Of a DNA stretch of 57,269 bases, positions 7,813 through 17,306 are shown one piece after another. Origin of the DNA: Lentisphaerota bacterium (GTDB lineage Bacteria > Verrucomicrobiota > Kiritimatiellia > RFP12 > JAAYLN01); the NCBI GenBank assembly GCA_012521875.1, contig JAAYLN010000204.1, positions 1 to 57,269 of the forward strand, given 5' to 3'. The first letter of the stretch is position 1. Every line of letters starts with the position of its first letter. The position numbers and the translations under genes were made by a program. The notes beneath the pieces are model-generated. The model searched no databases, had not been told where the DNA came from, and saw nothing but the letters and a program-made list of their open reading frames with translations.

Positions 7813-10800
7813 CTACCGCCGCCGCCCGCGGCGGGCGGAGCCGAGCGCCAGGCGCAGCACTATCCCCGCGCCCGCAAACACCAGCAGCAGCGGCCAGTAG
7901 CCCAGCAGCCGCATCCATGCCGGACGCCGCTGCGCCTCGAAGACCACCCGCAGCGTACCGCCGCCAGTGTTGAGCAGGGCGCGGCTCAGGCAGATCTCGC
8001 GGCCATGCTCGGGCATGGCGATGCGGATCGCCGTCGCCGCCGAGGCCGCCTGCACCTGCTGCTCGACCATCTTGTCGGCCACGCGCTCGAGGTTGTCGCG
8101 GTCGGCGGCATCAAGCTGTTCCTCGACCTGCCGCACGTAGCGCTCGTCGAAGTTGCCGTTGTTCCAGCCGACCTGCGCCTGCGGCGCGCCCTCGTCGTAG
8201 ATGTTCTTCTCGGCGCGCAGCGCCTGGCGGCGGTTGACCAGTCCCATCTTGACCTGCTGGCGCACCACGTTGCGGAACTGGACGCGGGCGTCCTCGTTGA
8301 GCGCCTGCTCGCCCTGCGAGAGGTTGACCGCCTGCTGCAGCGCGTGGCGCGCATCGAGCTGTCGGCCGGCCTTGAGCAGGGTATCGAGCGACTGCAGGTT
8401 GCCGCGGGCCGCCGTCAGGCTGGCCGCCTGCGCCTGCTGTACCGCCGTCTCGTAGGCCGATTTGCCGAAGGAGCGCAGCATGTCGCTGTCCACAAGATCG
8501 AGGTCGCCGCCGCGCAGCCGCCAGCGGTACTCCGCCGGCACGAAGAGGCGCCACTGGATATCGCGCAGCGGCAGGTCGGGCAGACGCAGCGCCTGCAGCT
8601 CGCGGCATCCGTCCAGCCCCGCCTCCGGCAGGGCATCGGCATAGACCAGCGTGACGTGCGCCGGCTCCTCGCGCGCGACACCCTCGAGCGCGATGCTGAG
8701 CGTCTCGCCGCCGGCTCCCTTCTCGCGCGCCACAGGCGCCTCGCCGCCGTTGACCAGCGCCGACCAGAGCCGGTTGGACGGGCCCGGCAGGATCACGCGC
8801 AGATGGCGCAGGCTGCCCGGCTGCAGCGTGATCGTCGCCTGCGTCAGCAGCCGCCCGCTGCCGGAGAGCACGGTCACCAGGCGCACCTGCCTGACCTGTG
8901 CCGGCAGTACCGCCGCCGCGGCATGGCGCACCACCGAAAGCTCCAAACGGTAGTCGGGACGCAGCACGCGGTAGCAGCGCAGGGCGCCGGAGAGGTCGCC
9001 GGCACCGAAGCTGTCCGGCAACGCGCGGGCATCCTCGGGCTTCAACCCTGCCGGCTCGCCGCGCGGCTCCACCTGCACGCGGCCGCCGCCGGTAATCACC
9101 AGAAAGCCCGACTGGCGCGCCGTATCCAGCGGCTCGAACGGGCGGATGACCACCCCGCCGCCGGCCGGATCGTAGGGCTCCTGGTACTGACAGACCAGGC
9201 TGAAGCTGTCCTCGACCTTGCCGTGCAGCTCGATCTCCCAGATGCGCCCAGTGCCGTTCGAGACGGCGGCCGGCACATCGTCCAGCGGCCGCACGCGGGC
9301 GATGCCGCGGCCGCTCACCGTCACCGGCGCCTCGGCGACGGGGACGCGCACGCGGAAGACCTTGACCCCGGCATTCTCGATCCGGTAGCGCGCATGGATG
9401 CGGTGCAGCAGCATCCCCTCGGCCAGATCGACGCAGTGCAGCACCTCGGGCTTGAGCACCGGCGCCAGCACCTCGGTTTGCAGCCCGATCTGCCAGCCCG
9501 GCCGGAGCAGGTCGAAATGCAGCGCTCCGGCGGGGGCGCGCGTCTCGTCGCCGGGCCGGCGCGCCACGGCACCCTCGATCTGCCCGGTCACCAGCTTGAC
9601 GCCGCGCTCGGCCGCGACGGAGATCCGTCCCGAATGGCGCAGCGCCCCCCGCACCTGCACCCTCGGCACAGTGATCTGCGGCGGCACCCCGCGCTGCTGT
9701 TGCGATAGCACGAGGTTGAGCGAGGTCGTGTCCTGTACGCGGCGCGTCAGGAACACCTCCACCCCCTGCTGCCCGCCGCGCCGCGAGTCGTCCCAGTGGC
9801 TCACGTCGCGCCCGGTCAGCGACTCGATCTCGTAGCCCTCGGGCAGATCGAGATGCAGGGCGAAGAGTCCCGCCTTGGCCACGCTCACCTCCAGCGTGCC
9901 GCTCAGGATCGTGCGCTCGTCGCCGATGCTGAAGAGGCTGGCCTCGCTGACGCGGATTTCCGGCTGCACCTCCTCGGCGTGCAGGGCGATCCGCACGGCG
10001 GCGGGGTCGTCGTAGCGGAAGGCGCGGCGCAGCGTGGTGACGGACGACGCGCGCTCGGCCGCGAAGGCCGCCAGGCTGAAGTCGTCGGTATCTATGGGCG
10101 ACACTCCCTGCACATCGCCGATCCGCGCCAGGATGTCCTCGGGCGCCGCGAGGGCGATGCGTCCGCGCTGGCGCCCGACGCCGATGGCCGCGGGCACGCC
10201 GAGCGTGCCGTCATACGGCAGACCGCCGCAGGGCGACTGGAGTATCACGGTCAGCGTCAGTGTGCCGCTCGCCGGACGCGACAGTGTCATCCCCAGGCTC
10301 CGGTCGGCGGGATCGAAGCGCCAGGTGGCCAGCAACGGCCCCGCCACCGCGGTCACGGTCATGCCGGCGGGCGCGGTCAACGCGAACTCGCGCGTCTCGC
10401 CCTGCACGATCGTGAAGCTTACGAGCGACTGCATCTCGATGACCCCGGGGCGCAGGCGCGCGAGGCTGGCCACATCGGCATAGACCACGGCGGTCTCCAT
10501 CCGCGTATCGCGCGCGCGCGGTTTCCAGGCTATCTCAACCCAGTCGGTGGCCGTCAGGGTCGCCTCCACGCGTGTCGCGCCGTCGGCGCTCTCCAGATCG
10601 AGGCTCGCGGCAGAAGGAATCTCCACCTCCATGTCGGTGGTGGGAATCGTCAGCGCGAGGCGGTTGATCAGGTTCGACGGCCAGGGCAGCAGCAGCCTCC
10701 GTCCGCCGTCGCGCTCCCAGACCTGCTCGCGGGTCGTGATTTCAAGGCGGTGCTCGCCGGCCTTGAGGATGTCGAGCTGCACCCCGCTCCTGTGCGATAC

Positions 10801-13800
10801 CAGCCGCAGGCGCGCGGCATCGGCACGGAAGCCGGCCACGACGCTGCCGGGCGGCAGCAGCAGCCGCCTGCCGGGCGCATCGGCACGGAAGACCAGCGTC
10901 CAGCGCACCTCCGCCACCGGCTCGGCCTCCGGCGTGGCCGGTGGCGCCTCGATTTCCACCTCCAGCCGGTCGGCGGCCAGCGCGGGCGGCAGCGCAACGG
11001 CCGCGGGGAGCGCGGGCCGGACTTGCGGCCCGTCCGGCGCGACCGCTGCCGGTGCCTCGGTACGGGGAGCCGCCTCCGTCTCCGCCTTGAGCGTACCGAA
11101 CCCCGCCAGCAGCAGCGACGCCAGCGCGGCAAGCAGGATGAGGAAGAGCGGCGAAATCGAGCCTTCGGTTGAGGTGTCGCCGGGCGCGGCGTCGTCTGCG
11201 GGGGCGGCGTCCGGTTCCGGTTCGGGCACGAGGGGGGGCGGCGGTACGCGGGATGTCTTGCCCTTGCGCTCCCGCCGTTCACGTGGCGACCGGTTATTTA
11301 GGCGGGCGATACCGCGCGCAATGGCCGCGATCAGGGCTACCGCCGTGCCGACGGTACCGGCTATGACCACACCAATGAGCCCGGGTTGCGTCTGGGCCGC
11401 CGCCAGCGCCAGCAGGGTCAGCGCCAGCGCAAGCCAGAAGCGGCGGCGCAGCACGAGACCGATCAGCAGGGCCGCCAGCCCCGCCGCGCCCGCGACCACC
11501 ATCCGCCGCGGCGAGCCGCCGGCCATCCAGCTTGGCAGCAGTTCGACCGTCACGCGGAGACTCTCCTCGTCGGCGAGGTTGGCGGTACGGTAGAAGCTGA
11601 CGGTACGCGCGCGGCGAGCGCAGGGCGAGGCCCACGGCCAGCGTCCGGCCGTTCCGGCCTCCGGCGTCAGATTGCCGCCCGCGGCACCGATGGCGCGGTT
11701 GTCGTCGGCCGTCACCTCCCAGCGGGTGAAGGTGGCGGGGGTGTCGCTCAGTTGCGGCGCCGTGAGCCCGACGCGCAGCGGACGCTGCCGCACCGCCGGG
11801 GCGGGCTGCGCATAGACAATCTCGATCGGCACGGCCTGGTTGGGATCACGCAGCCGCGCCACCGGAATCAGCAGGCGCTCGCCGTCCTGCTGGGCGGGCA
11901 GGTCGCGCGCGTTGGCCTCCAGTCCCTGGCGCACGCTCCAGAGCTTGGCGCCGGCGGGCAGGCGCGCCTCGAGGTACTGGCGCGAGGCGTTCTTGACGTG
12001 GCAGGTGGCGCGTGTGACCGACTCGCCGTCGCGCCCGATGCGCGAGGAGAGCGCGAAGTAGTCAACAACCTGATCAATCGGCCGCTGGGTCTCGAGGGTC
12101 GTGACCCGCAGCGTGGCGGCATGCGGACGGCGCGTGTACTTGTAGACGGCCAGCAGGGGGGCGGTGACGGTGGCGGCGTAGCCGGCCGGCAGCTCGTCGC
12201 GCGGGATGCGGATCAGGCCGGGCGGCAGGGGAGCGGTCTCCTCGAGGCGCAGGCCGGCACCGGAGGCCACGGCCATGAAGCCCATCTCGCTGGCGGTACC
12301 GACCGCCTCGATCCCCCCGATCCGCAGCTCCGCGCCGTCGTAGCCGAGCGGCTGGTCGTAGGTGATCAGCAGGGTGGTGTGGCCCATGGTGCGGCTGGCA
12401 AGCTGCACGCGGCAGAGGTCGTTGCTGCGCGACCAGTTGTCGATCCCCGCGCCGACGATCTCCAGGCTCGCGCCCGCGTCCGGAACGCGGAAGGCGAGCG
12501 TCTGCACCGGCGCGCCGCTGATGTGGCAGTTGACCGCCGCCGAGACATAGACCACACCCGCGCCGAGCGAGAGCAGATGGAAAATCTCGGTATGGATGGC
12601 CGATTGCGCCCATTCGAGCCCCAGATCGAGCTTCCAGCCCGGCTCGCGGAAGCGGTAGGCGAGCTGCGCCCCCTCGGCGCGGAAGGGGGTCGAGCCGGTA
12701 TGCACATCGCGCAGGTTCTCGGCGGCGCGCGGCACGAGGCGGATACCGCGCTCGGCCGCCGCCACGATGCAGCCGCGCTGCGTGCGCGCCCCGGGCAGCG
12801 ACACCGAGGGTACAGTGAAGGCGTCGCGCGCCAGCCCCAGCGGCAGCTCCATGCGCAGGTTCAGCAGCGTCTGGCCCTCGACCGGCTGACGGAACGGAAC
12901 GAGGATCTCGCGCCGGCCACCCTCCGCCCGGACATCCACATCGCTCTCGATAACCGGCTTGCCGGTCACGCCGATCAGCGTCCAGCGCGGATCGGCATCC
13001 GCCACGAGCTTCACCTCGCGCACCGGCGCGTCGCGCACGTCGAGCCGGATGGCGGCGTCGAGCGCCAGCCGTCCCTCGGCAACGTTGACCAGCAGGTCGA
13101 TCTCGCCGCTCAGCGCGGGGACAACGTGATCCGCGCCCAGCGTCAGCGCGTAGGGCAGCGCGGCGTACTGGTAGGTGAAGACGCTGCGGGTGGGTAGCGT
13201 GCGCGCATAGCCATCGCGCAGCGGTGCCGGTTGCGCGAAGGCAGCCTGGTCGATCTGCGTGATGCCGCTCGCCGCCGCAACCTGCAGCTTGACGGCGCTG
13301 TCCGTCCCGAGCAGCAACTGCCCGCCGGCGCGGATCACGCCCTGCGGCGCGAGCACCGGCAGCCCGAGCGTGCAGGGAAAGGCCGGCAGGGCACGGTCGT
13401 ACTCGACCTGCAGGCGGTACTCCCCGCGCTGCGGACGCCCCAGCGTGATGCGCAGGCGCGGTGCGGCGGATTCGGTACGGTCGATCCGCCAGTCCTGGAT
13501 GTCGGCACCGGTAACCCGCAGGATATTGACGTCCGGCAGGGTGAGGCTCAGCTCGCTCATCTGACCCTGCGCGATGCTGTAGGCGTAGATCGAGTCGAAC
13601 CGCAGCATGCCGGGACTGGCCGTGACAATCGTGTTGATGTCGCACGTGGCGACCAGTTCGGAGGCCACGCGGCGGATTTCCGGCTTCCAGAAGACCTCGA
13701 AGAGGGGATTTGTGTCGAGGTGTACCGTTACGGTATCGCGCCCGTCCGCGTCCGGCTGCCGCTGCAGACCGCGTCCGCCGGGGAAGCGGATCTCGAGACC

Positions 13801-14205
13801 AGGGCGGTCGGCCGTGACGGCGACGGAGCGTACCGGCAGCACGGGCACGCGGAACTGCGCCTGGCGCCAGTCGCCGTCGGCCACGGTACGCACGGCGAAG
13901 GCGAGGCGCACGCGGCCCTCGCCCGCGCGCCAGCCGCCGGTGCGCACGATGCGGAAGGCATCCCCGTCACGGCGCAGCTCGGTATGCCGCGGCAACCTGG
14001 CCTCGGTCAGGGCGACCTCGCCACGCAGCACCTCGAGACTCTCGCCCCGCGCCAGATCGGCATAACCGATCTCCAGCTCGAAGCGGATATTCTCGCCATC
14101 AATCCTGCCTTTCAGGTCAAAACTCCGCGGCACTACCGCCGCTAACAACGCAACGTGCGCAAAAAGCAGGAACAGCAGACTTATATGCGTTCTACATGTT
14201 TTCAT
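7813..14205 (-). CDS. Giant (2130 aa) membrane protein: two paralogous beta-rich modules of about 900 aa, a central TM cluster, and a C-terminal coiled coil plus TM anchor
   Basis: Uninterrupted ORF. N-terminal signal MKTCRTHISLLFLLFAHVALLAAV. GGAG Shine-Dalgarno 7-11 nt upstream. Hydrophobic cluster at aa 902-966 and 1017-1037. C-terminal WMRLLGYWPLLLVFAGAGIVL. No family name assignable without a search. Confidence 0.85.
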   Translation of the reverse strand: MKTCRTHISLLFLLFAHVALLAAVVPRSFDLKGRIDGENIRFELEIGYADLARGESLEVLRGEVALTEARLPRHTELRRDGDAFRIVRTGGWRAGEGRVRLAFAVRTVADGDWRQAQFRVPVLPVRSVAVTADRPGLEIRFPGGRGLQRQPDADGRDTVTVHLDTNPLFEVFWKPEIRRVASELVATCDINTIVTASPGMLRFDSIYAYSIAQGQMSELSLTLPDVNILRVTGADIQDWRIDRTESAAPRLRITLGRPQRGEYRLQVEYDRALPAFPCTLGLPVLAPQGVIRAGGQLLLGTDSAVKLQVAAASGITQIDQAAFAQPAPLRDGYARTLPTRSVFTYQYAALPYALTLGADHVVPALSGEIDLLVNVAEGRLALDAAIRLDVRDAPVREVKLVADADPRWTLIGVTGKPVIESDVDVRAEGGRREILVPFRQPVEGQTLLNLRMELPLGLARDAFTVPSVSLPGARTQRGCIVAAAERGIRLVPRAAENLRDVHTGSTPFRAEGAQLAYRFREPGWKLDLGLEWAQSAIHTEIFHLLSLGAGVVYVSAAVNCHISGAPVQTLAFRVPDAGASLEIVGAGIDNWSRSNDLCRVQLASRTMGHTTLLITYDQPLGYDGAELRIGGIEAVGTASEMGFMAVASGAGLRLEETAPLPPGLIRIPRDELPAGYAATVTAPLLAVYKYTRRPHAATLRVTTLETQRPIDQVVDYFALSSRIGRDGESVTRATCHVKNASRQYLEARLPAGAKLWSVRQGLEANARDLPAQQDGERLLIPVARLRDPNQAVPIEIVYAQPAPAVRQRPLRVGLTAPQLSDTPATFTRWEVTADDNRAIGAAGGNLTPEAGTAGRWPWASPCARRARTVSFYRTANLADEESLRVTVELLPSWMAGGSPRRMVVAGAAGLAALLIGLVLRRRFWLALALTLLALAAAQTQPGLIGVVIAGTVGTAVALIAAIARGIARLNNRSPRERRERKGKTSRVPPPPLVPEPEPDAAPADDAAPGDTSTEGSISPLFLILLAALASLLLAGFGTLKAETEAAPRTEAPAAVAPDGPQVRPALPAAVALPPALAADRLEVEIEAPPATPEAEPVAEVRWTLVFRADAPGRRLLLPPGSVVAGFRADAARLRLVSHRSGVQLDILKAGEHRLEITTREQVWERDGGRRLLLPWPSNLINRLALTIPTTDMEVEIPSAASLDLESADGATRVEATLTATDWVEIAWKPRARDTRMETAVVYADVASLARLRPGVIEMQSLVSFTIVQGETREFALTAPAGMTVTAVAGPLLATWRFDPADRSLGMTLSRPASGTLTLTVILQSPCGGLPYDGTLGVPAAIGVGRQRGRIALAAPEDILARIGDVQGVSPIDTDDFSLAAFAAERASSVTTLRRAFRYDDPAAVRIALHAEEVQPEIRVSEASLFSIGDERTILSGTLEVSVAKAGLFALHLDLPEGYEIESLTGRDVSHWDDSRRGGQQGVEVFLTRRVQDTTSLNLVLSQQQRGVPPQITVPRVQVRGALRHSGRISVAAERGVKLVTGQIEGAVARRPGDETRAPAGALHFDLLRPGWQIGLQTEVLAPVLKPEVLHCVDLAEGMLLHRIHARYRIENAGVKVFRVRVPVAEAPVTVSGRGIARVRPLDDVPAAVSNGTGRIWEIELHGKVEDSFSLVCQYQEPYDPAGGGVVIRPFEPLDTARQSGFLVITGGGRVQVEPRGEPAGLKPEDARALPDSFGAGDLSGALRCYRVLRPDYRLELSVVRHAAAAVLPAQVRQVRLVTVLSGSGRLLTQATITLQPGSLRHLRVILPGPSNRLWSALVNGGEAPVAREKGAGGETLSIALEGVAREEPAHVTLVYADALPEAGLDGCRELQALRLPDLPLRDIQWRLFVPAEYRWRLRGGDLDLVDSDMLRSFGKSAYETAVQQAQAASLTAARGNLQSLDTLLKAGRQLDARHALQQAVNLSQGEQALNEDARVQFRNVVRQQVKMGLVNRRQALRAEKNIYDEGAPQAQVGWNNGNFDERYVRQVEEQLDAADRDNLERVADKMVEQQVQAASAATAIRIAMPEHGREICLSRALLNTGGGTLRVVFEAQRRPAWMRLLGYWPLLLVFAGAGIVLRLALGSARRGRRR

Positions 14206-14232
14206 TGGCGACTCCTGTCTACGTAGCCTTGA

Positions 14233-14692
14233 TTAATCAGGAACTCAAGAACTCATGAAATTTGTTTTGCTATCTCCCGGCCAACCCGCTTGACGGTGAG
14301 CGGCATGGCGGCAAAGTTGAGTAGAAGTCCGGAATCGACATTGACGGCATTCATATAGGAACGGACTATGGAAAAATGTATGGGCTCGAAAGCCTTGATC
14401 GCCTTGAGCTCCACGACCACGCGAGTATCGACCAGCAAATCGAGACGATGTTCCCCAATGGGAAATCCACGATAAGTCAGATGGACAACCTTTTGTCTTT
14501 CAAACGGGATGTTCTGAGAGGTCAACTGGATACAAAGCGCCTCTTCGCAAATCGATTCCAGGAAGCCCGGCCCCAGAGCTTTATGAACAGCAATGGCTGC
14601 CGCTATGATCTCCGCCGTGATCTCCTTGTCCGGCATTTCGAGCCGATCCTCTTCCATAAGCATCCTTCCTGAGTTCATGAGTTCCTGATTAA
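14233..14692 (-). mobile_element. Miniature cassette: a single GxxExxY-family ORF bounded by a 22-bp inverted repeat (21/22), inserted in an operon junction
   Basis: Left arm TTAATCAGGAACTCAAGAACTC (14233-14254). The right-arm reverse complement is TTAATCAGGAACTCATGAACTC (14671-14692). Both termini carry TTAA. Removing it leaves a 34-nt gap between the anti-sigma stop and the giant-gene start. Confidence 0.55.
14253..14678 (-). CDS. GxxExxY-family protein (PD-(D/E)XK nuclease fold superfamily)
   Basis: EIIAAAIAVHKALGPGFLESICEEALCIQL..IPFERQ..GEHRLDLLVDTRVVVELKAIKAF..SIVRSYMNAVN..GLLLNF matches the family layout. The motif position is G-F-L-E-S-I-C, so Tyr is replaced by Cys. Confidence 0.8.
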   Translation of the reverse strand: MNSGRMLMEEDRLEMPDKEITAEIIAAAIAVHKALGPGFLESICEEALCIQLTSQNIPFERQKVVHLTYRGFPIGEHRLDLLVDTRVVVELKAIKAFEPIHFSIVRSYMNAVNVDSGLLLNFAAMPLTVKRVGREIAKQIS

Positions 14693-14699
14693 AAAGACC

Positions 14700-17306
14700 T
14701 TAATCACTAATAGCCCCCGCCAATTCCACTAATCTCACCAATTCCGCCACTCGTGTATCGAGTTTCATCTCCAGAGCCACCGGGCGCAGCAGACGTGATA
14801 CATCGGCGAAGCGGCTGCCGGCGGCATGGGGACTGCGGCGCAGCAATTCGGCAAATTCGGCGGCGCAGGCCGCCAGCCGCAGCCCGGGCCGCGCGGCCTC
14901 GATGCGCGGTACGAAATCGCGCGGCAGGATCGGACGCTCGATCTCCTCGATGGCCTGCGTATCAACCCGGCGGTAGCGCACCCGCACCCACCCCAGCGGC
15001 TGATCGCGCGGTGCCGGCTCGACGCGCTCGAACTCGTAGAGCGCGGTGACCGACTGCCCCGAGCCGACCTCGCCGGCATCCACTGTATCATCGCGGAACT
15101 GCTCCTTCGTGAGGGCGCGGTTCTCGTAGCCAAGCTGGCGGTAGCGGCTCACGGACGCGGGCGACCATTCCACCTGGATCTTGACATCCATGGCGATGGT
15201 ATTGAGCGTGGCGGCCAGATCGTCCACGAAGGCGCGCCGCACCTCGGCGGGCGAGTCGAGGAAACGGTAGGAGCCATCGCCGCGGTTGGCCAGTTCCTCC
15301 AGCATGCGGTCGTTGTAGGCGCCGCGTCCGACGCCATAGACGGTGCAGGTGATCCCCTGGCGGCGGTAGGCGTCGATCCGCGCGAGAATATCGGCGGCGG
15401 AGTCGGTGCCGAGGTTGGCCACGCCGTCGGAGATCAGGATGACGCGGTTCTCGCCGCCGGGGACGAAGGCGCGCGCGGCCTGCGCGTAGGCCATGCGCAT
15501 GCCCTCCTCCAGATTGGTCGAGCCGCGGCACTGCAGACGGTCGAAGGCGGCAAGGATGGCGGCACGCTCGGTGGCCGGCGTCGCATCGAGCAGCAGGCGC
15601 GCGTGGTCATCGAAGGCGATCAGTTGCAGGCGGTCGTGCGGGGCGAGCTGCTCCAGCAGCAGCGCCAGCGCCCCGCGCGCGAGGCCGATGCGGTCGGGCT
15701 GGGCCATCGAGCCCGAGGCGTCGACGAGGAAGGTCAGCATGGCCGGGCGCTGCTCCTCGCGGCCGAGGCGGCGTCCCTTGACCCCGATACGCACGAGTTC
15801 GAGCCCGGCGCCGAAGGGGGCGGGCGCGCCCTCGACATAGACGCGGAAGACGGCGGTATCGGGAGCGCGGTCGCCATAGTCGAAGGCGTTGACGATCTCC
15901 TCGGTACGGACCGCCTCGGGATCGGGCAGCGCGCGGTTCTCGAGCGACTGGCGCGTGCGGGTATAAGAGGCGGTATCAACATCTATGGCGAAGGTCGAGA
16001 AGGGATTGGCACGCGTCTCGACGAAGGGGTGGTGCGCGGCGGGGACACGCGCGGCGGGCGGCGCTTCATCCTTAGCCTTCATTCGCTGGATGGTTTGTTC
16101 CTCGGGCAGCAATCCGGTTTCCTCACGCTCCTCGGCGTCAGCCGCCGGCTCTGTCGGCGGCACGGCCTGGCGCGTACCGCCAGCCACAACCTGCCCGCTA
16201 GCATGGCCGACGGCGGCCGGGGAATCCGTCTGCTCCGAAAGGATGACTTCCACGGCTATGTCATCGTCTTTGGACGCAGTGTCTTTGCTCGTCTCCGATG
16301 CACCCCCTGCCGCTACCATCATTCCCCTTATTTTCGCCCTGCGAGGTGTGCCGTAGATGTTGCGCAGGATGACCGGCGATTTGACTTGCATGGCAGTATC
16401 ACGAGCCTGCGGTTTGGGGCTTGCCATTGCGCGGGGGGCCGGGGGTAGCGGCGGTTGTGGCGGAGCAGCAGCCACGGCGCTTTCGGGCGCGGGTTCAAGC
16501 CGACGGGAACGCACCGGCATCCGCGGCCCAGGGGCGGCAGCCATTTCAGGCGCGGGGGCAGGCGCGGCCGGCTTGCGAGGGGCATCGGCTCTAGTTACGC
16601 CTTCATCAAGGCAGACTTCCACGACTATGTCGTCGTCTGTGTACGAGGTGTCTTTGCGCCCCGCCGACGCACCAGTCTCTCTGCTCTCTGCCCCTCCACT
16701 AGCGCCGTCGGCCCAGCCATGCATGATGAGCGGTGATTTGATCTGCATGACAGTCTCAAATGCCTGCGGTTTGGGACTTAGCGGCTCGGGTGGCGGCCGG
16801 GGAGAGAGGGAGAAATCGGGTGTGAAGGCCGGAACTTCCGGCTGGCGCATAGCATCGACAGCGGGGGGCGCCACCTCTTCGAGTTCGGCGACCTCCTCCA
16901 GACATTCCACAGAATCAGCGTAAGGATAATACATGGGGGCTCTTGCCGCGCGTTTGGCGCGATAGGAGAAGGCGGGCATAAGCGCCATCCAGGCAAAGCC
17001 CACCACCAGTGCCAGCGAGGCCGCCAGGCGGAGCATGGGGTGGGTTCCGCGCCACCAGCGGCGGAAGCGGCTCTGGTAGGGTGTCGCGAGTACCTGGCGG
17101 CGCCTGGACGGGTAGAGCCGCAGCGGTTTGGCGGGTTCCTCCGACAGCCCCTGCCGCAGGGCGGCGACGACCGGTTCGAGCTCGCCTGCCAGAGCGCGGC
17201 AGGCGCCGCACTCCGCCACGTGGCGGCGGATGGTCTCGGCCTCGGCCGGCGGGAGGTCGCCCAGCAGCCAGGAGGTCAGGCGGTCTTCATAGGCGCAGTG
17301 CTTCAT
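14700..17306 (-). CDS. Anti-sigma factor (zf-HC2) with one TM, a duplicated Pro/Ala-rich linker and a C-terminal YfbK-like VWA domain
   Basis: MKHCAYEDRLTSWLLGDL..IRRHVAECGACRAL (H-x3-C-x2-C). TM LRLAASLALVVGFAWMALM. NPFSTFAIDVDTASY. MIDAS motif FLVDASGSM. ATGA start/stop overlap with the sigma gene at 17303-17306. Confidence 0.85.
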   Translation of the reverse strand: MKHCAYEDRLTSWLLGDLPPAEAETIRRHVAECGACRALAGELEPVVAALRQGLSEEPAKPLRLYPSRRRQVLATPYQSRFRRWWRGTHPMLRLAASLALVVGFAWMALMPAFSYRAKRAARAPMYYPYADSVECLEEVAELEEVAPPAVDAMRQPEVPAFTPDFSLSPRPPPEPLSPKPQAFETVMQIKSPLIMHGWADGASGGAESRETGASAGRKDTSYTDDDIVVEVCLDEGVTRADAPRKPAAPAPAPEMAAAPGPRMPVRSRRLEPAPESAVAAAPPQPPLPPAPRAMASPKPQARDTAMQVKSPVILRNIYGTPRRAKIRGMMVAAGGASETSKDTASKDDDIAVEVILSEQTDSPAAVGHASGQVVAGGTRQAVPPTEPAADAEEREETGLLPEEQTIQRMKAKDEAPPAARVPAAHHPFVETRANPFSTFAIDVDTASYTRTRQSLENRALPDPEAVRTEEIVNAFDYGDRAPDTAVFRVYVEGAPAPFGAGLELVRIGVKGRRLGREEQRPAMLTFLVDASGSMAQPDRIGLARGALALLLEQLAPHDRLQLIAFDDHARLLLDATPATERAAILAAFDRLQCRGSTNLEEGMRMAYAQAARAFVPGGENRVILISDGVANLGTDSAADILARIDAYRRQGITCTVYGVGRGAYNDRMLEELANRGDGSYRFLDSPAEVRRAFVDDLAATLNTIAMDVKIQVEWSPASVSRYRQLGYENRALTKEQFRDDTVDAGEVGSGQSVTALYEFERVEPAPRDQPLGWVRVRYRRVDTQAIEEIERPILPRDFVPRIEAARPGLRLAACAAEFAELLRRSPHAAGSRFADVSRLLRPVALEMKLDTRVAELVRLVELAGAISD

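Noticed and set aside
8005-9708. Long plus-strand ORF (567 aa) inside the giant gene. Similar ORFs at 11386-13197 (+), 12074-13645 (-, out of frame) and 9796-11172 (+).
   Set aside because: Arg/Gly/Ala/Pro-rich low-complexity translations typical of shadow ORFs in GC-rich DNA. They overlap a continuous 2130-aa ORF that has a signal peptide and coherent domain structure.
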